Positions 7,086 to 15,602 of a stretch of 26,040 nucleotides of DNA are shown here, piece by piece. A program made the translations under genes and the position numbers. The notes beneath the pieces are model-generated. The model saw only the letters and a list, made by a program, of their open reading frames with translations. It ran no database searches and was not told where the DNA came from. The number at the start of each line of letters is the position of its first letter. Position 1 is the first letter of the stretch. Origin of the DNA: a virus (lineage: Duplodnaviria > Caudoviricetes); the IMG/VR virus record IMGVR_UViG_3300011258_000040, positions 1 through 26,040 of that record; one strand, 5' to 3'.

Positions 7086-7170
7086 GTAACACTGATGAGC
7101 CTATTATGCGTGGTAAGTGAATACCACGTGGCGAAACTAGAGCCGGTACTATCCGGCTTTAGTCTGTTAC
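7086..7170 (+). ncRNA. hammerhead ribozyme 4 (type I permutation), predicted cleavage after C7164
   Basis: gtaaca CTGATGA gcc-tattat-gcgtggta-agtgaa-taccacgt-ggc GAAA ctagagccgg-tactat-ccggcttta-GTC^ tgttac. Stem I (gtaaca/tgttac) closes the two ends. Confidence 0.93.
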
Positions 7171-7198
7171 AATTTAACCAAACAAAGGAGCTAACAAC

Positions 7199-7381
7199 AT
7201 GATTGAACTAATACTCGAACTACCGTTTGAAGGTCACGTATTAATACTAGGTACAATAATAGCCGGTATAATATATGCAATGCGTACACCTAAGAAGGAG
7301 CCTAGCATTAACCCGTTTGAACAAACAACACAACTAACTGATAAACAAATCAAAGCACTCGAGGAGCACAATGACAGATAA
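7199..7381 (+). CDS. small membrane protein
   Basis: AAGGAG RBS; VLILGTIIAGIIYAM TM segment. Confidence 0.75.
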   Translation: MIELILELPFEGHVLILGTIIAGIIYAMRTPKKEPSINPFEQTTQLTDKQIKALEEHNDR

Positions 7382-7733
7382 AGAACAAATACAACATCTA
7401 ATAGATAAAAATAACAAGTTAGAAGCTGAGCTTATTGTCTTAAAAACTAAAGCAACAGGTTGGTTTGAGGATATAGCGGAGCTTCGTAATACATTAACTA
7501 TACGCAATACTGAGCTTGCAAGTTATAAACAAACTAAAATAGATTGGGAGCTTAAAAAGAAAATCATATTGTTTTTACAAAAAACACAATCTGTTGAAGC
7601 GTATGACGCAATGACACCAAACCAAATAGCACACAGAGCGGCGCAATTTATAGAGAATATACTTAACTCAAAATTGCCACCAAAGCTTGCTATTCCGCTT
7701 GAGTTACAAGTTACTACTAGGGAACCCGACTAA
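7371..7733 (+). CDS. coiled-coil hypothetical protein
   Basis: GAGGAG RBS; heptad-like N-terminal half. Confidence 0.8.
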   Translation: MTDKEQIQHLIDKNNKLEAELIVLKTKATGWFEDIAELRNTLTIRNTELASYKQTKIDWELKKKIILFLQKTQSVEAYDAMTPNQIAHRAAQFIENILNSKLPPKLAIPLELQVTTREPD

Positions 7734-7748
7734 GGTTCCCATAGTAGA
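7731..7748 (+). promoter_or_regulatory. putative phage RNAP promoter upstream of the RNAP gene
   Basis: TAAGGTTCCCATAGTAGA, 16/18 identical to the 10242 copy. Confidence 0.75.
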
Positions 7749-7790
7749 TATTATAAACATAACCCACTGATAATTATAGGAGTTAGACAT

Positions 7791-10238
7791 ATGGCACGAT
7801 TAATCGAGAGCATGCCTACTTACAAAGACGAGTTGGCACATGAAAAAGAGATGAAAAGTTTAGGTTCTAATAGAACTAATAAACGTTTACAATCTCACAT
7901 AGAGAGAGAAGAAGAAAGTGTTACCAGTTATGGTAAAGTAATGGTAGCAAACACGATAAGACCTTTAGCAATGGCTATTGCTGAATGGACACAAGAACAA
8001 TCTAAAAAGACAATAGGCAAACCTTCTATTGCCTTCTTAAAGATGTGTGAAGTAGAGCCTGAGATACTGGCATTAATTACTGGTAAACACATCATAAATA
8101 CAATCACACAACAAAAACCATTAACGGCAACGTGTATATCATTGGGTGGTAAAGTTGAGACTGAGATTAGTCTTAAAAACTTTAAACATCTAAACCCTGA
8201 CTTATATCAAACTGTCAAACAAGACTTAGATAAGCGTAGTTTTAATTATACTTATAAGCGTAGAAAACTAAGAGAGAGTGCTAAACGTGATGAGATAATG
8301 AAATGGGAAGAGTGGACAACACCTGTTAAATTACACGTAGGACTTCGATTAGTTGAGCTTATGATTTATTCTACAGGCATGATTGAAATAGGCACTGAGA
8401 CTGTTAAACATAAAAAAGCAAAAGTAATAAAACAAACTGATAAAACTAGAGAATGGATTAAAAGTAGAAATAGTTTTAATGAACTACTTAATCCTGAGTA
8501 TTTGCCGACTGTCATGGCTCCAAAATTATGGACGTCAGTAGTTGGTGGCGGTTATTGGACAAAAGAGTTACCTGAACTTGAGCTTGTTAAACAAAAAAAC
8601 AAGAAATACAAAAAGGAACTTGAAAACTTTGACATGCCTGAAGTGTATGATGCTGTCAATACAATGCAAGCAACACCATTTAAGATTAATAATTTTATCT
8701 TAAAAGTTATGCAAGAAGCGTGGGACAAAGGATTAGCTGTTGGTGGTTTACCACCTAGTACTAATTATGATATTCCAAACAAACCGCATGACATTGAAAC
8801 TAATGTTGACAGTAGAAGAGAATGGAAGAAGAGAGCTGTAATGGCTCACACTGAAAATGCTAGAATGTTTTCTAAACGTTTGTTGTATGCTAAAATTATA
8901 CATCTTGCACAAAAGTTTAAAGATTATGAAACTATGTATTTTCCATTGCAATTAGATTTTAGAGGTAGAGCGTATGCAGTGCCTGCGTTTCTTAACTATC
9001 AATCTATTGGTGGTGCTAAAGCTTTATTATCTTTTTCACATGGCAAACCAATCACAAAAGAAAACAAAGGTGATTATTGGTTGGCTATACATGGTGCTAA
9101 TCAATACGGTGAAGATAAAATATCTTTTGCTGACCGTGTTAAATGGACTAAAGATAATGAGAGTTGGATTATTGATTGTGGTACTGACCCAATGTTACAT
9201 AGACAATGGGAAAAGGCATCTAATCCGTTTCAATTCTTATCATTTTGTGATGAGTGGAAACGATTTAAAGAACAAGGATATGGATTTGTCTCAAGTATTC
9301 CTGTAAACGTAGATGGTTCTTGTAACGGTCTACAAATTTATTCTTTAATGTTAAGAGACGAAAAAGCAGGTAAGCTTGTTAATTGTTTACCTAGTAAAAC
9401 ACCGCAAGACATTTATCAATTAGTGGCAGATGCTGTTAATGATAAATTAAAACTTGATGCAAAAGAAAACAAACCTTTTGCTCAGTTGTGGTTAGACTAC
9501 GGAGTTAAGCGTTCAACTACTAAAAGAAGTATTATGACTATCTGTTATGGTTCAACTAGATATTCATGTACTGACTTTGTAATTGAAGACTTAACAAAAC
9601 GTAAAGACAAAGGAGAAAACCATCCATTTACAGATGAGATATTCAAACCGGCTAGTTATTTAGCAAGTGTCATATGGGACAGTATCGGTGATAATTTGAA
9701 GTCTGCTAGAATTGGTATGGATTATCTACAAACAATCGCACGTATAGTTGCGAAACAACAACTACCAGTGCACTGGGTTACGCCTGTTGGCTTTCCAGTG
9801 TATCAGTCATATCCTGAGATGAAGTCTAAAAGAGTTAAGGCTATGTTGATGGGTGAAGTTATTAAGCCTCGTATAAATACTGAGACTGACCTAACTGACA
9901 AATTACGAATGGGTAACGGAGTAGCACCTAACGTAGTTCACTCGGTAGATAGTGCCGCTATGATGAGTACAGTTAATATTGCATACAAAAATGGTATCAC
10001 TAATTTCTGTAATGTACATGATAGTTTTGGTACAACAGCAGGTGATGTTGAAACACTTAATAAATCTATTAGAGAAGCATTTATTAAAATGTTTACTGAA
10101 CATGATATTCTTAATAATTTTAGAAATGATGTTCTTAAACAACTACCTGAAGAGCTACACGATAAATTACCTGAAGTTCCCGCCAAAGGTGATTTAGATA
10201 TTCAACAACTGCGGGACAGTGAGTTCTTTTTTGCGTAG
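7791..10238 (+). CDS. single-subunit T7-type RNA polymerase (gp1)
   Basis: DFRGRAY, motif A VDGSCNGLQ, motif B RSTTKRSIMTICYG, motif C VHDSFGT, C-terminal FFFA. Confidence 0.99.
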   Translation: MARLIESMPTYKDELAHEKEMKSLGSNRTNKRLQSHIEREEESVTSYGKVMVANTIRPLAMAIAEWTQEQSKKTIGKPSIAFLKMCEVEPEILALITGKHIINTITQQKPLTATCISLGGKVETEISLKNFKHLNPDLYQTVKQDLDKRSFNYTYKRRKLRESAKRDEIMKWEEWTTPVKLHVGLRLVELMIYSTGMIEIGTETVKHKKAKVIKQTDKTREWIKSRNSFNELLNPEYLPTVMAPKLWTSVVGGGYWTKELPELELVKQKNKKYKKELENFDMPEVYDAVNTMQATPFKINNFILKVMQEAWDKGLAVGGLPPSTNYDIPNKPHDIETNVDSRREWKKRAVMAHTENARMFSKRLLYAKIIHLAQKFKDYETMYFPLQLDFRGRAYAVPAFLNYQSIGGAKALLSFSHGKPITKENKGDYWLAIHGANQYGEDKISFADRVKWTKDNESWIIDCGTDPMLHRQWEKASNPFQFLSFCDEWKRFKEQGYGFVSSIPVNVDGSCNGLQIYSLMLRDEKAGKLVNCLPSKTPQDIYQLVADAVNDKLKLDAKENKPFAQLWLDYGVKRSTTKRSIMTICYGSTRYSCTDFVIEDLTKRKDKGENHPFTDEIFKPASYLASVIWDSIGDNLKSARIGMDYLQTIARIVAKQQLPVHWVTPVGFPVYQSYPEMKSKRVKAMLMGEVIKPRINTETDLTDKLRMGNGVAPNVVHSVDSAAMMSTVNIAYKNGITNFCNVHDSFGTTAGDVETLNKSIREAFIKMFTEHDILNNFRNDVLKQLPEELHDKLPEVPAKGDLDIQQLRDSEFFFA

Positions 10239-10241
10239 CAT

Positions 10242-10259
10242 TAAAGTACCCATAGTAGA
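10242..10259 (+). promoter_or_regulatory. putative phage RNAP promoter for replication genes
   Basis: TAAAGTACCCATAGTAGA, intergenic, just before the GGAG RBS of SSB. Confidence 0.75.
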
Positions 10260-10273
10260 ATGGAGAAACACAT

Positions 10274-10888
10274 ATGAAAAATAATTATGTTAAGATTGTA
10301 AGTCCTGAAGGCGTGTCACAGTATGCATGGTTAACAAAACCAGATACTAAGTTTGACAAAGATGGACATTACAAAGTAAATCTTGTAGTGCCTACTGACA
10401 AGGCTTCTTCATTGATTAAACAGATTGATGAAGAAATTAAAAAGAGCGTAGAGATTGCCAAAGAAAAAAATAAAGGCAAGGCTGTAAAACAAGCAAACGC
10501 TCCGTATGAAGAAGAGCTTGATAGTGAAGGTAAGCCTACTGGCAATACTATTTTCAAGTTCAAAAGAAAAGCACAAATAATATCTGCTGATGGTAAAGTC
10601 ATTCCATTTAAAGTAGCATTATTTGATAGCTCCGGTAAACCTCTAGTTGATGCTAACGTTTGGTCTGGAAGTGAGATGAAAGTTAGTGCAGAGTTAGTAC
10701 ACTGGTTCACTGCAATGGCAGGTGCAGGCGTAAGTCTGAGATTAAGAGCAGTACAAATAACTAAGCTAGTTGAAGGTGGTGCCGGCAATGCTGAAGGCTA
10801 CGGATTTGATAAAGTAGAAGGTGGCTATACAGCAACAGAAAGTGTGAACAATGTGGTACAAGAAGAAACCGCAGAAGCTGACTTCTAA
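10274..10888 (+). CDS. single-stranded DNA-binding protein (gp2.5-like)
   Basis: PEG...YAWLTKPDTKF, GVSLRLRAVQI..L, acidic tail ending in DF. Confidence 0.93.
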   Translation: MKNNYVKIVSPEGVSQYAWLTKPDTKFDKDGHYKVNLVVPTDKASSLIKQIDEEIKKSVEIAKEKNKGKAVKQANAPYEEELDSEGKPTGNTIFKFKRKAQIISADGKVIPFKVALFDSSGKPLVDANVWSGSEMKVSAELVHWFTAMAGAGVSLRLRAVQITKLVEGGAGNAEGYGFDKVEGGYTATESVNNVVQEETAEADF

Positions 10889-11264
10889 TCAAGTTGGTTT
10901 AAAGTATGGGTTTAGGTCAGGCTTAGAAGAAGCAATTGCTTCTGAGCTTGACACTAAAAAGATTGAGTACAAGTTTGAAGAAACTAAACTTAATTATACT
11001 AAACCCCAAAAAGTTCACACTTATACCCCTGACTTTTATCTAACTGGGTCTGACATTTACATTGAAACTAAAGGTTACTTTACTTCTCAAGACCGTCAGA
11101 AAATGCGTCTTATAAAAGAACAGCATCCTCAGTTAGATATTAGATTTATATTTTCTAATTCAAAAACAAGAATAAGTAAAAAATCAAAAACAACATATGG
11201 CATGTGGTGTGATAAGTATGGATTTAAATACGCAGACAAACATGTTCCAACGGAGTGGTTATGA
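10851..11264 (+). CDS. endonuclease I / Holliday junction resolvase (gp3-like)
   Basis: FRSGLEE, YTPDF, IETKGYF, HPQLDIRFIF, SKTTYGMWC. Confidence 0.96.
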   Translation: MWYKKKPQKLTSNQVGLKYGFRSGLEEAIASELDTKKIEYKFEETKLNYTKPQKVHTYTPDFYLTGSDIYIETKGYFTSQDRQKMRLIKEQHPQLDIRFIFSNSKTRISKKSKTTYGMWCDKYGFKYADKHVPTEWL

Positions 11265-11686
11265 GTAACATAAGAAAAGAAACAAAGTACATTGTTGTTC
11301 ACTCAAGTAATACAAATCCAAAACAAAATTTAGATGTTAAAGATTTAGACAAGCAACATAGAAAAGAGGGTTTATTCTCATGTGCGTTTCATAAGATAAT
11401 CAAAAGAGACGGTTCTATTCAGGATGGTCGTGATATTATGATAGCAGGCGCACACATTGAAACAGATGTTAACTTGTCTAATAAAAATTCTATCGGCATT
11501 TGTCTAATTGGCGGACAACATGTTGATGGACAGCCTGATTGTAATTTTACTTTCAAACAATACGAGAGTTTAGTTAAACTCGTAGATGTTTTAAAAGACA
11601 GTTATGGTGAGGTTGAAATTGTTGGTCATAGAGATATGACTGGCTCCTCATGTCCGCAGTTTGATGTAAAAGAATTGCTGACATAG
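11261..11686 (+). CDS. N-acetylmuramoyl-L-alanine amidase / T7 lysozyme homologue (gp3.5-like)
   Basis: IVVHSS, IKRDG.I..GR, GAH, SIGICLIGG, GHRD...CPQFD; GGAG RBS before ATG 11261. Confidence 0.9.
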   Translation: MSNIRKETKYIVVHSSNTNPKQNLDVKDLDKQHRKEGLFSCAFHKIIKRDGSIQDGRDIMIAGAHIETDVNLSNKNSIGICLIGGQHVDGQPDCNFTFKQYESLVKLVDVLKDSYGEVEIVGHRDMTGSSCPQFDVKELLT

Positions 11687-11696
11687 TTTGTTTGTG

Positions 11697-11727
11697 CCTA
11701 CTGGGTAGAAATATCCAGTAGGTTTTT
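11697..11727 (+). terminator. intrinsic terminator-like hairpin
   Basis: cctactgggta-gaaa-tatccagtagg followed by ttttt. Confidence 0.7.
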
Positions 11728-11757
11728 ATTAACCCAAATATTAAGGCAAAAAATTTT

Positions 11758-13356
11758 ATGGAAAATACTGATAGTACGTTTTTATATCATTCAGCATGTG
11801 ATGAGTGTGGCTCTTCAGATGCTAATTCGGTATATGAAGACGGACATACGTATTGCTTTTCATGCAACACACACAAACAAGGAGAAAAAGAAATGCAAAC
11901 AAACGTAAAAGAAAAATGTAAAGACTTTATTACAGGTACTGTATCTGCTTTAAGCAAAAGAAACATTGACTTTGATACAGCACAAAAATTTAATTATCAA
12001 ACAGGTGCATGGTTTGGAAGACCATGTCAAATTGCAAACTACTATGATAAAGATAAACAATTAGTAGCACAAAAATTAAGATACCCTGATAAAACATTTC
12101 AGTGGTTAGGTGACGCAAAGAAAGCAACACTATTTGGACAGCATCTCTGGAGAGAAGGTGGAAGAATGTGTATTGTTACAGAAGGTGAACTAGATGCCTT
12201 ATCAATTTCCAGAACTAATCAAAATAAATTTCCCGTAGTAAGTATTAAGACAGGTGCACAAGGCGCTAAAAAAGATATACAAAAAGAACTCGAATGGTTA
12301 GAAAAATTTGAGAGTGTGGTGCTTTGTTTTGACCAAGATGAGCACGGAGAAAAAGCGGCTATTGAGTGTGCAAAATTATTCACACCAAACAAAGCTAAGA
12401 TTTGTACAATGCCATTAAAAGATGCAAACGAAATGTTACTTGCAAACAAAGTAAGAGAATTAACTGATTGCATATGGTCAAGTAAACCATACAGACCAGA
12501 TGGTATTGTAGTTGGTAAAGACTTATGGACTGAAATACAAAAAGAAGATAATTATGTAACAGTTCCATATCCATTTGAATGTTTAAATATTAAAACACAT
12601 GGACTACGTAAAGGTGAGCTTGTTACTATCACTGCCGGAAGTGGTGTTGGTAAGTCTAGTTTCTGTAGACATGTAGCATTAAACTTATTAAAAAATAATT
12701 ACACCGTAGGTTACATTGCATTAGAAGAAAGTATTAAACGTAGTGCACTTGGTATCATGGGTGTTGAATTACAAAAACCATTACACTTAACAAGAGAGGG
12801 TATCAGTGAAGAAGACTTACTTAAGACGTTTAACAATACTGTGGGCAGTGGCAACTTTTATCTTTATAATCATTTTGGCTCAACAATTGCAGATAACTTG
12901 CTCTCTAAAATAAGATACATGGCTAAAGCTTGTAATGTAGATTATGTAATACTTGACCATTTACACATGGCATTGTCTGCATTAGGAGATGCAAATACAA
13001 ATGATGAACGTAAACTTATAGATTATTTTGTTTCTAAACTTAGAACGTTAGTAGAAGAAACTGGTATTGGTTTAATATTAGTCTCACATTTATCACGAAC
13101 TAAAGATGGTAACAAAGGATATGAAGATGGTGTGCAAGTATCTATGAATAGTCTTAGAGGCAGTCAAAGTATTGCTCAGTTAAGTGACATGGTGTTAGCC
13201 TTGTCCAGAGACTTACAGGCTGAAGATAATATTGCACAAGTAAATGTTTTAAAAAATAGATTTAGTGGTGAAACTGGCAAAGCTTGTAGTTTAAGATATG
13301 ACTTAGACACTGGTTGTTTAACTGAAGTACAAGCGGAGACGGTTAATGACTTCTAA
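11758..13356 (+). CDS. primase-helicase (gp4-like)
   Basis: Zn finger CDECGSSDA...YCFSC, TOPRIM EGELDA and FDQDEHG, Walker A AGSGVGKS, ILDHL, LRGSQSIAQLSD, KNRFSGETG. Confidence 0.98.
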   Translation: MENTDSTFLYHSACDECGSSDANSVYEDGHTYCFSCNTHKQGEKEMQTNVKEKCKDFITGTVSALSKRNIDFDTAQKFNYQTGAWFGRPCQIANYYDKDKQLVAQKLRYPDKTFQWLGDAKKATLFGQHLWREGGRMCIVTEGELDALSISRTNQNKFPVVSIKTGAQGAKKDIQKELEWLEKFESVVLCFDQDEHGEKAAIECAKLFTPNKAKICTMPLKDANEMLLANKVRELTDCIWSSKPYRPDGIVVGKDLWTEIQKEDNYVTVPYPFECLNIKTHGLRKGELVTITAGSGVGKSSFCRHVALNLLKNNYTVGYIALEESIKRSALGIMGVELQKPLHLTREGISEEDLLKTFNNTVGSGNFYLYNHFGSTIADNLLSKIRYMAKACNVDYVILDHLHMALSALGDANTNDERKLIDYFVSKLRTLVEETGIGLILVSHLSRTKDGNKGYEDGVQVSMNSLRGSQSIAQLSDMVLALSRDLQAEDNIAQVNVLKNRFSGETGKACSLRYDLDTGCLTEVQAETVNDF

Positions 13357-13585
13357 ACTTAAGACTAGAAAAATGAAAACGATTGCTACAAAAGATACTG
13401 TATCATGGACGTTCTATGTTTTGTCTGCTGTTAAAAAAGCAAAACAAAGTTCAACGCCTGTAATTTTAGATGTAGGAAAAGAAAGTTCTGCTTCTTTATT
13501 ACAAGATGCGTTGATGGCGTTGGCTATGAATGGCGAAGATGCGGCATGGAACGTTGATATTAAACTACACAAACACATACATTAA
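13346..13585 (+). CDS. hypothetical protein
   Basis: ORF track; GGAG RBS. Confidence 0.7.
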   Translation: MTSKLKTRKMKTIATKDTVSWTFYVLSAVKKAKQSSTPVILDVGKESSASLLQDALMALAMNGEDAAWNVDIKLHKHIH

Positions 13586-13587
13586 TT

Positions 13588-13869
13588 ATGAAACTACCTA
13601 AAATAACTAAGAAAACACTAGACGCTAAATTTATTTTATGTCACTGGCTTGATATAAATTCAGACGCTTCTTGGATGTCATTAGAAAAAGCAAAAGTAAG
13701 TACACCAACTATTTGTGTAAGTACTGGTTGGTTAATAAGACAAGATAAGAATGTACATATTTTGTGTGCTGATATTAACTTTGAAGATGATGGTACATTA
13801 GGTGACGTTGGTAACGTAACTGTTATACCAACTATTAATGTAATTAAAAAGAAAGTATTAAAATTATGA
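13588..13869 (+). CDS. conserved phage hypothetical protein (WxD...SW...CxSxGWL type)
   Basis: ORF track; stop overlaps the DNA polymerase ATG. Confidence 0.75.
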   Translation: MKLPKITKKTLDAKFILCHWLDINSDASWMSLEKAKVSTPTICVSTGWLIRQDKNVHILCADINFEDDGTLGDVGNVTVIPTINVIKKKVLKL

Positions 13870-15602
13870 GATACGTATTTGATATAGAGACAGATGGATT
13901 TTTTGATGTTTGTACTAAAATACATTGCTTAGTACTAAAAGATGTAGACACTAATAAGTTTTTATCTTTGTCAGTAGATGAGGCATTAGATAAATTATCT
14001 AAAGCAAAAGAAATTATAGGACATAATATAATTAAATTTGATTTACCTGTTATAAAAAAATTATATCCCACGTTTAAAACTGAGGCAAAAATTTTTGACA
14101 CACTTGTAGCAACAAGATTGTTATTTCCAGATGTAAAAGAAAAAGACTTTCAACGTAAAGATTTTCCAAAAGATTGTATTGGTAGACACAGTTTAAAAGC
14201 TTGGGGAAATAGAATAGGAAACTACAAAGCACAGTTTGATACTGACTGGCAAACTTTTACACCTGAAATGTTAGAGTATTGTAAACAAGATGTTGAAGTA
14301 ACTTATAATCTTCACAAAATGATACATGAAGATATGAAATACTCACAGCAAGCTATGGATTTAGAGCATGATGTAGCACAATTAATTTACAATCAAGAAA
14401 CATATGGTTTTAGTTTTGATACTGAGAAAGCTAAAAAACTTTATTCTGAATTAAACGGTAGAAGAATGGAAATAGAATATAAACTTCAAGTAATGTTTCC
14501 ACCTGAAAAAGAACACATACCTTTTATACCTAAAGTAAATAACAAAGCTAGAGGATATGTTAAAGGTGAAGTGTTTTATAAAGAAAAAACTATTGTCTTT
14601 AATCCATCTAGCAGACAACACATAGCAGATAGACTAGCTAAGATACATGGTTGGAAACCTAAAATTTATACTGATGATGGTAAACCTAAATTAGATGAAA
14701 CTATTTTAGAAAGCTTACCATATCCTGAAGCTCAAATATTATGTGAGCATTTTCTATTAGACAAAAGAATAGGACAGTTAGCAACAGGTGCACAAGCTTG
14801 GTTAAAACATGAGAAGAATAATAAAATACATGGTACGTGTAATACTAATTCTACCGTAACAGCACGTGCAACACACTCGTTTCCTAATATGGCACAAATT
14901 CCTAGTGTAGGTGTGCCTTATGGTAAAGAATGTAGAGCGTTATTTACAGTTCCAACTAATAAAAAACTTGTAGGCATTGATGTCTCAGGTTTAGAAGTGA
15001 GGATGTTGGCTCACTACATGGCTAAGTACGATAACGGCAACTATGCTAAAGTTGTTTTAGAAGGTGACATACACACTGAAACAAAAACATTAGCAGGGTT
15101 AGATAGCAGAGACTTAGCCAAGCGTTTTTACTACTGCTTTCTTTATGGTGGTGGTGTAAAAAAGATTGCATCAGTTACAAACAAAACTGTAGCAGAAGCA
15201 TCTAAGATAAAAAAACGTTTCTTAAATAATTTACCTGCATTAAATAAATTAATTGAGAACGTACAACAAGCGGCTGAACGTGGTTACTTACTAGGTCTTG
15301 ATAAAAGAAAAGTTAAAGTACGTTCAAGTCATGCCGCACTCAATACACTTTTACAAAGTTCCGGAGCCTTAGTTTGTAAACAATGGTTAGTAGAGTTTGA
15401 TAAAGTAATTAAGAATATACCGGAAGCACATCAAGTTGTATGGGTACATGATGAAATACAAGTAGAATGTCTTGAAAAAGACGCTGAGCAAGTAGGGCAA
15501 TTAGCCGTAAAAGCAATCGAAGACACTGGTAAGTATTTTAATTTAAGACTTCCTCTCACTGGTGAATACAAGATAGGAGACAACTGGAGTGAAACACACT
15601 AA
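13866..15602 (+). CDS. DNA polymerase family A with 3'-5' exonuclease (gp5-like)
   Basis: Exo motifs FDIETDG, GHNIIKFD and YCKQDV; motif A DVSGLEVR; motif B AKRFYYCFLYG; motif C VHDEIQ. Confidence 0.98.
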   Translation: MRYVFDIETDGFFDVCTKIHCLVLKDVDTNKFLSLSVDEALDKLSKAKEIIGHNIIKFDLPVIKKLYPTFKTEAKIFDTLVATRLLFPDVKEKDFQRKDFPKDCIGRHSLKAWGNRIGNYKAQFDTDWQTFTPEMLEYCKQDVEVTYNLHKMIHEDMKYSQQAMDLEHDVAQLIYNQETYGFSFDTEKAKKLYSELNGRRMEIEYKLQVMFPPEKEHIPFIPKVNNKARGYVKGEVFYKEKTIVFNPSSRQHIADRLAKIHGWKPKIYTDDGKPKLDETILESLPYPEAQILCEHFLLDKRIGQLATGAQAWLKHEKNNKIHGTCNTNSTVTARATHSFPNMAQIPSVGVPYGKECRALFTVPTNKKLVGIDVSGLEVRMLAHYMAKYDNGNYAKVVLEGDIHTETKTLAGLDSRDLAKRFYYCFLYGGGVKKIASVTNKTVAEASKIKKRFLNNLPALNKLIENVQQAAERGYLLGLDKRKVKVRSSHAALNTLLQSSGALVCKQWLVEFDKVIKNIPEAHQVVWVHDEIQVECLEKDAEQVGQLAVKAIEDTGKYFNLRLPLTGEYKIGDNWSETH

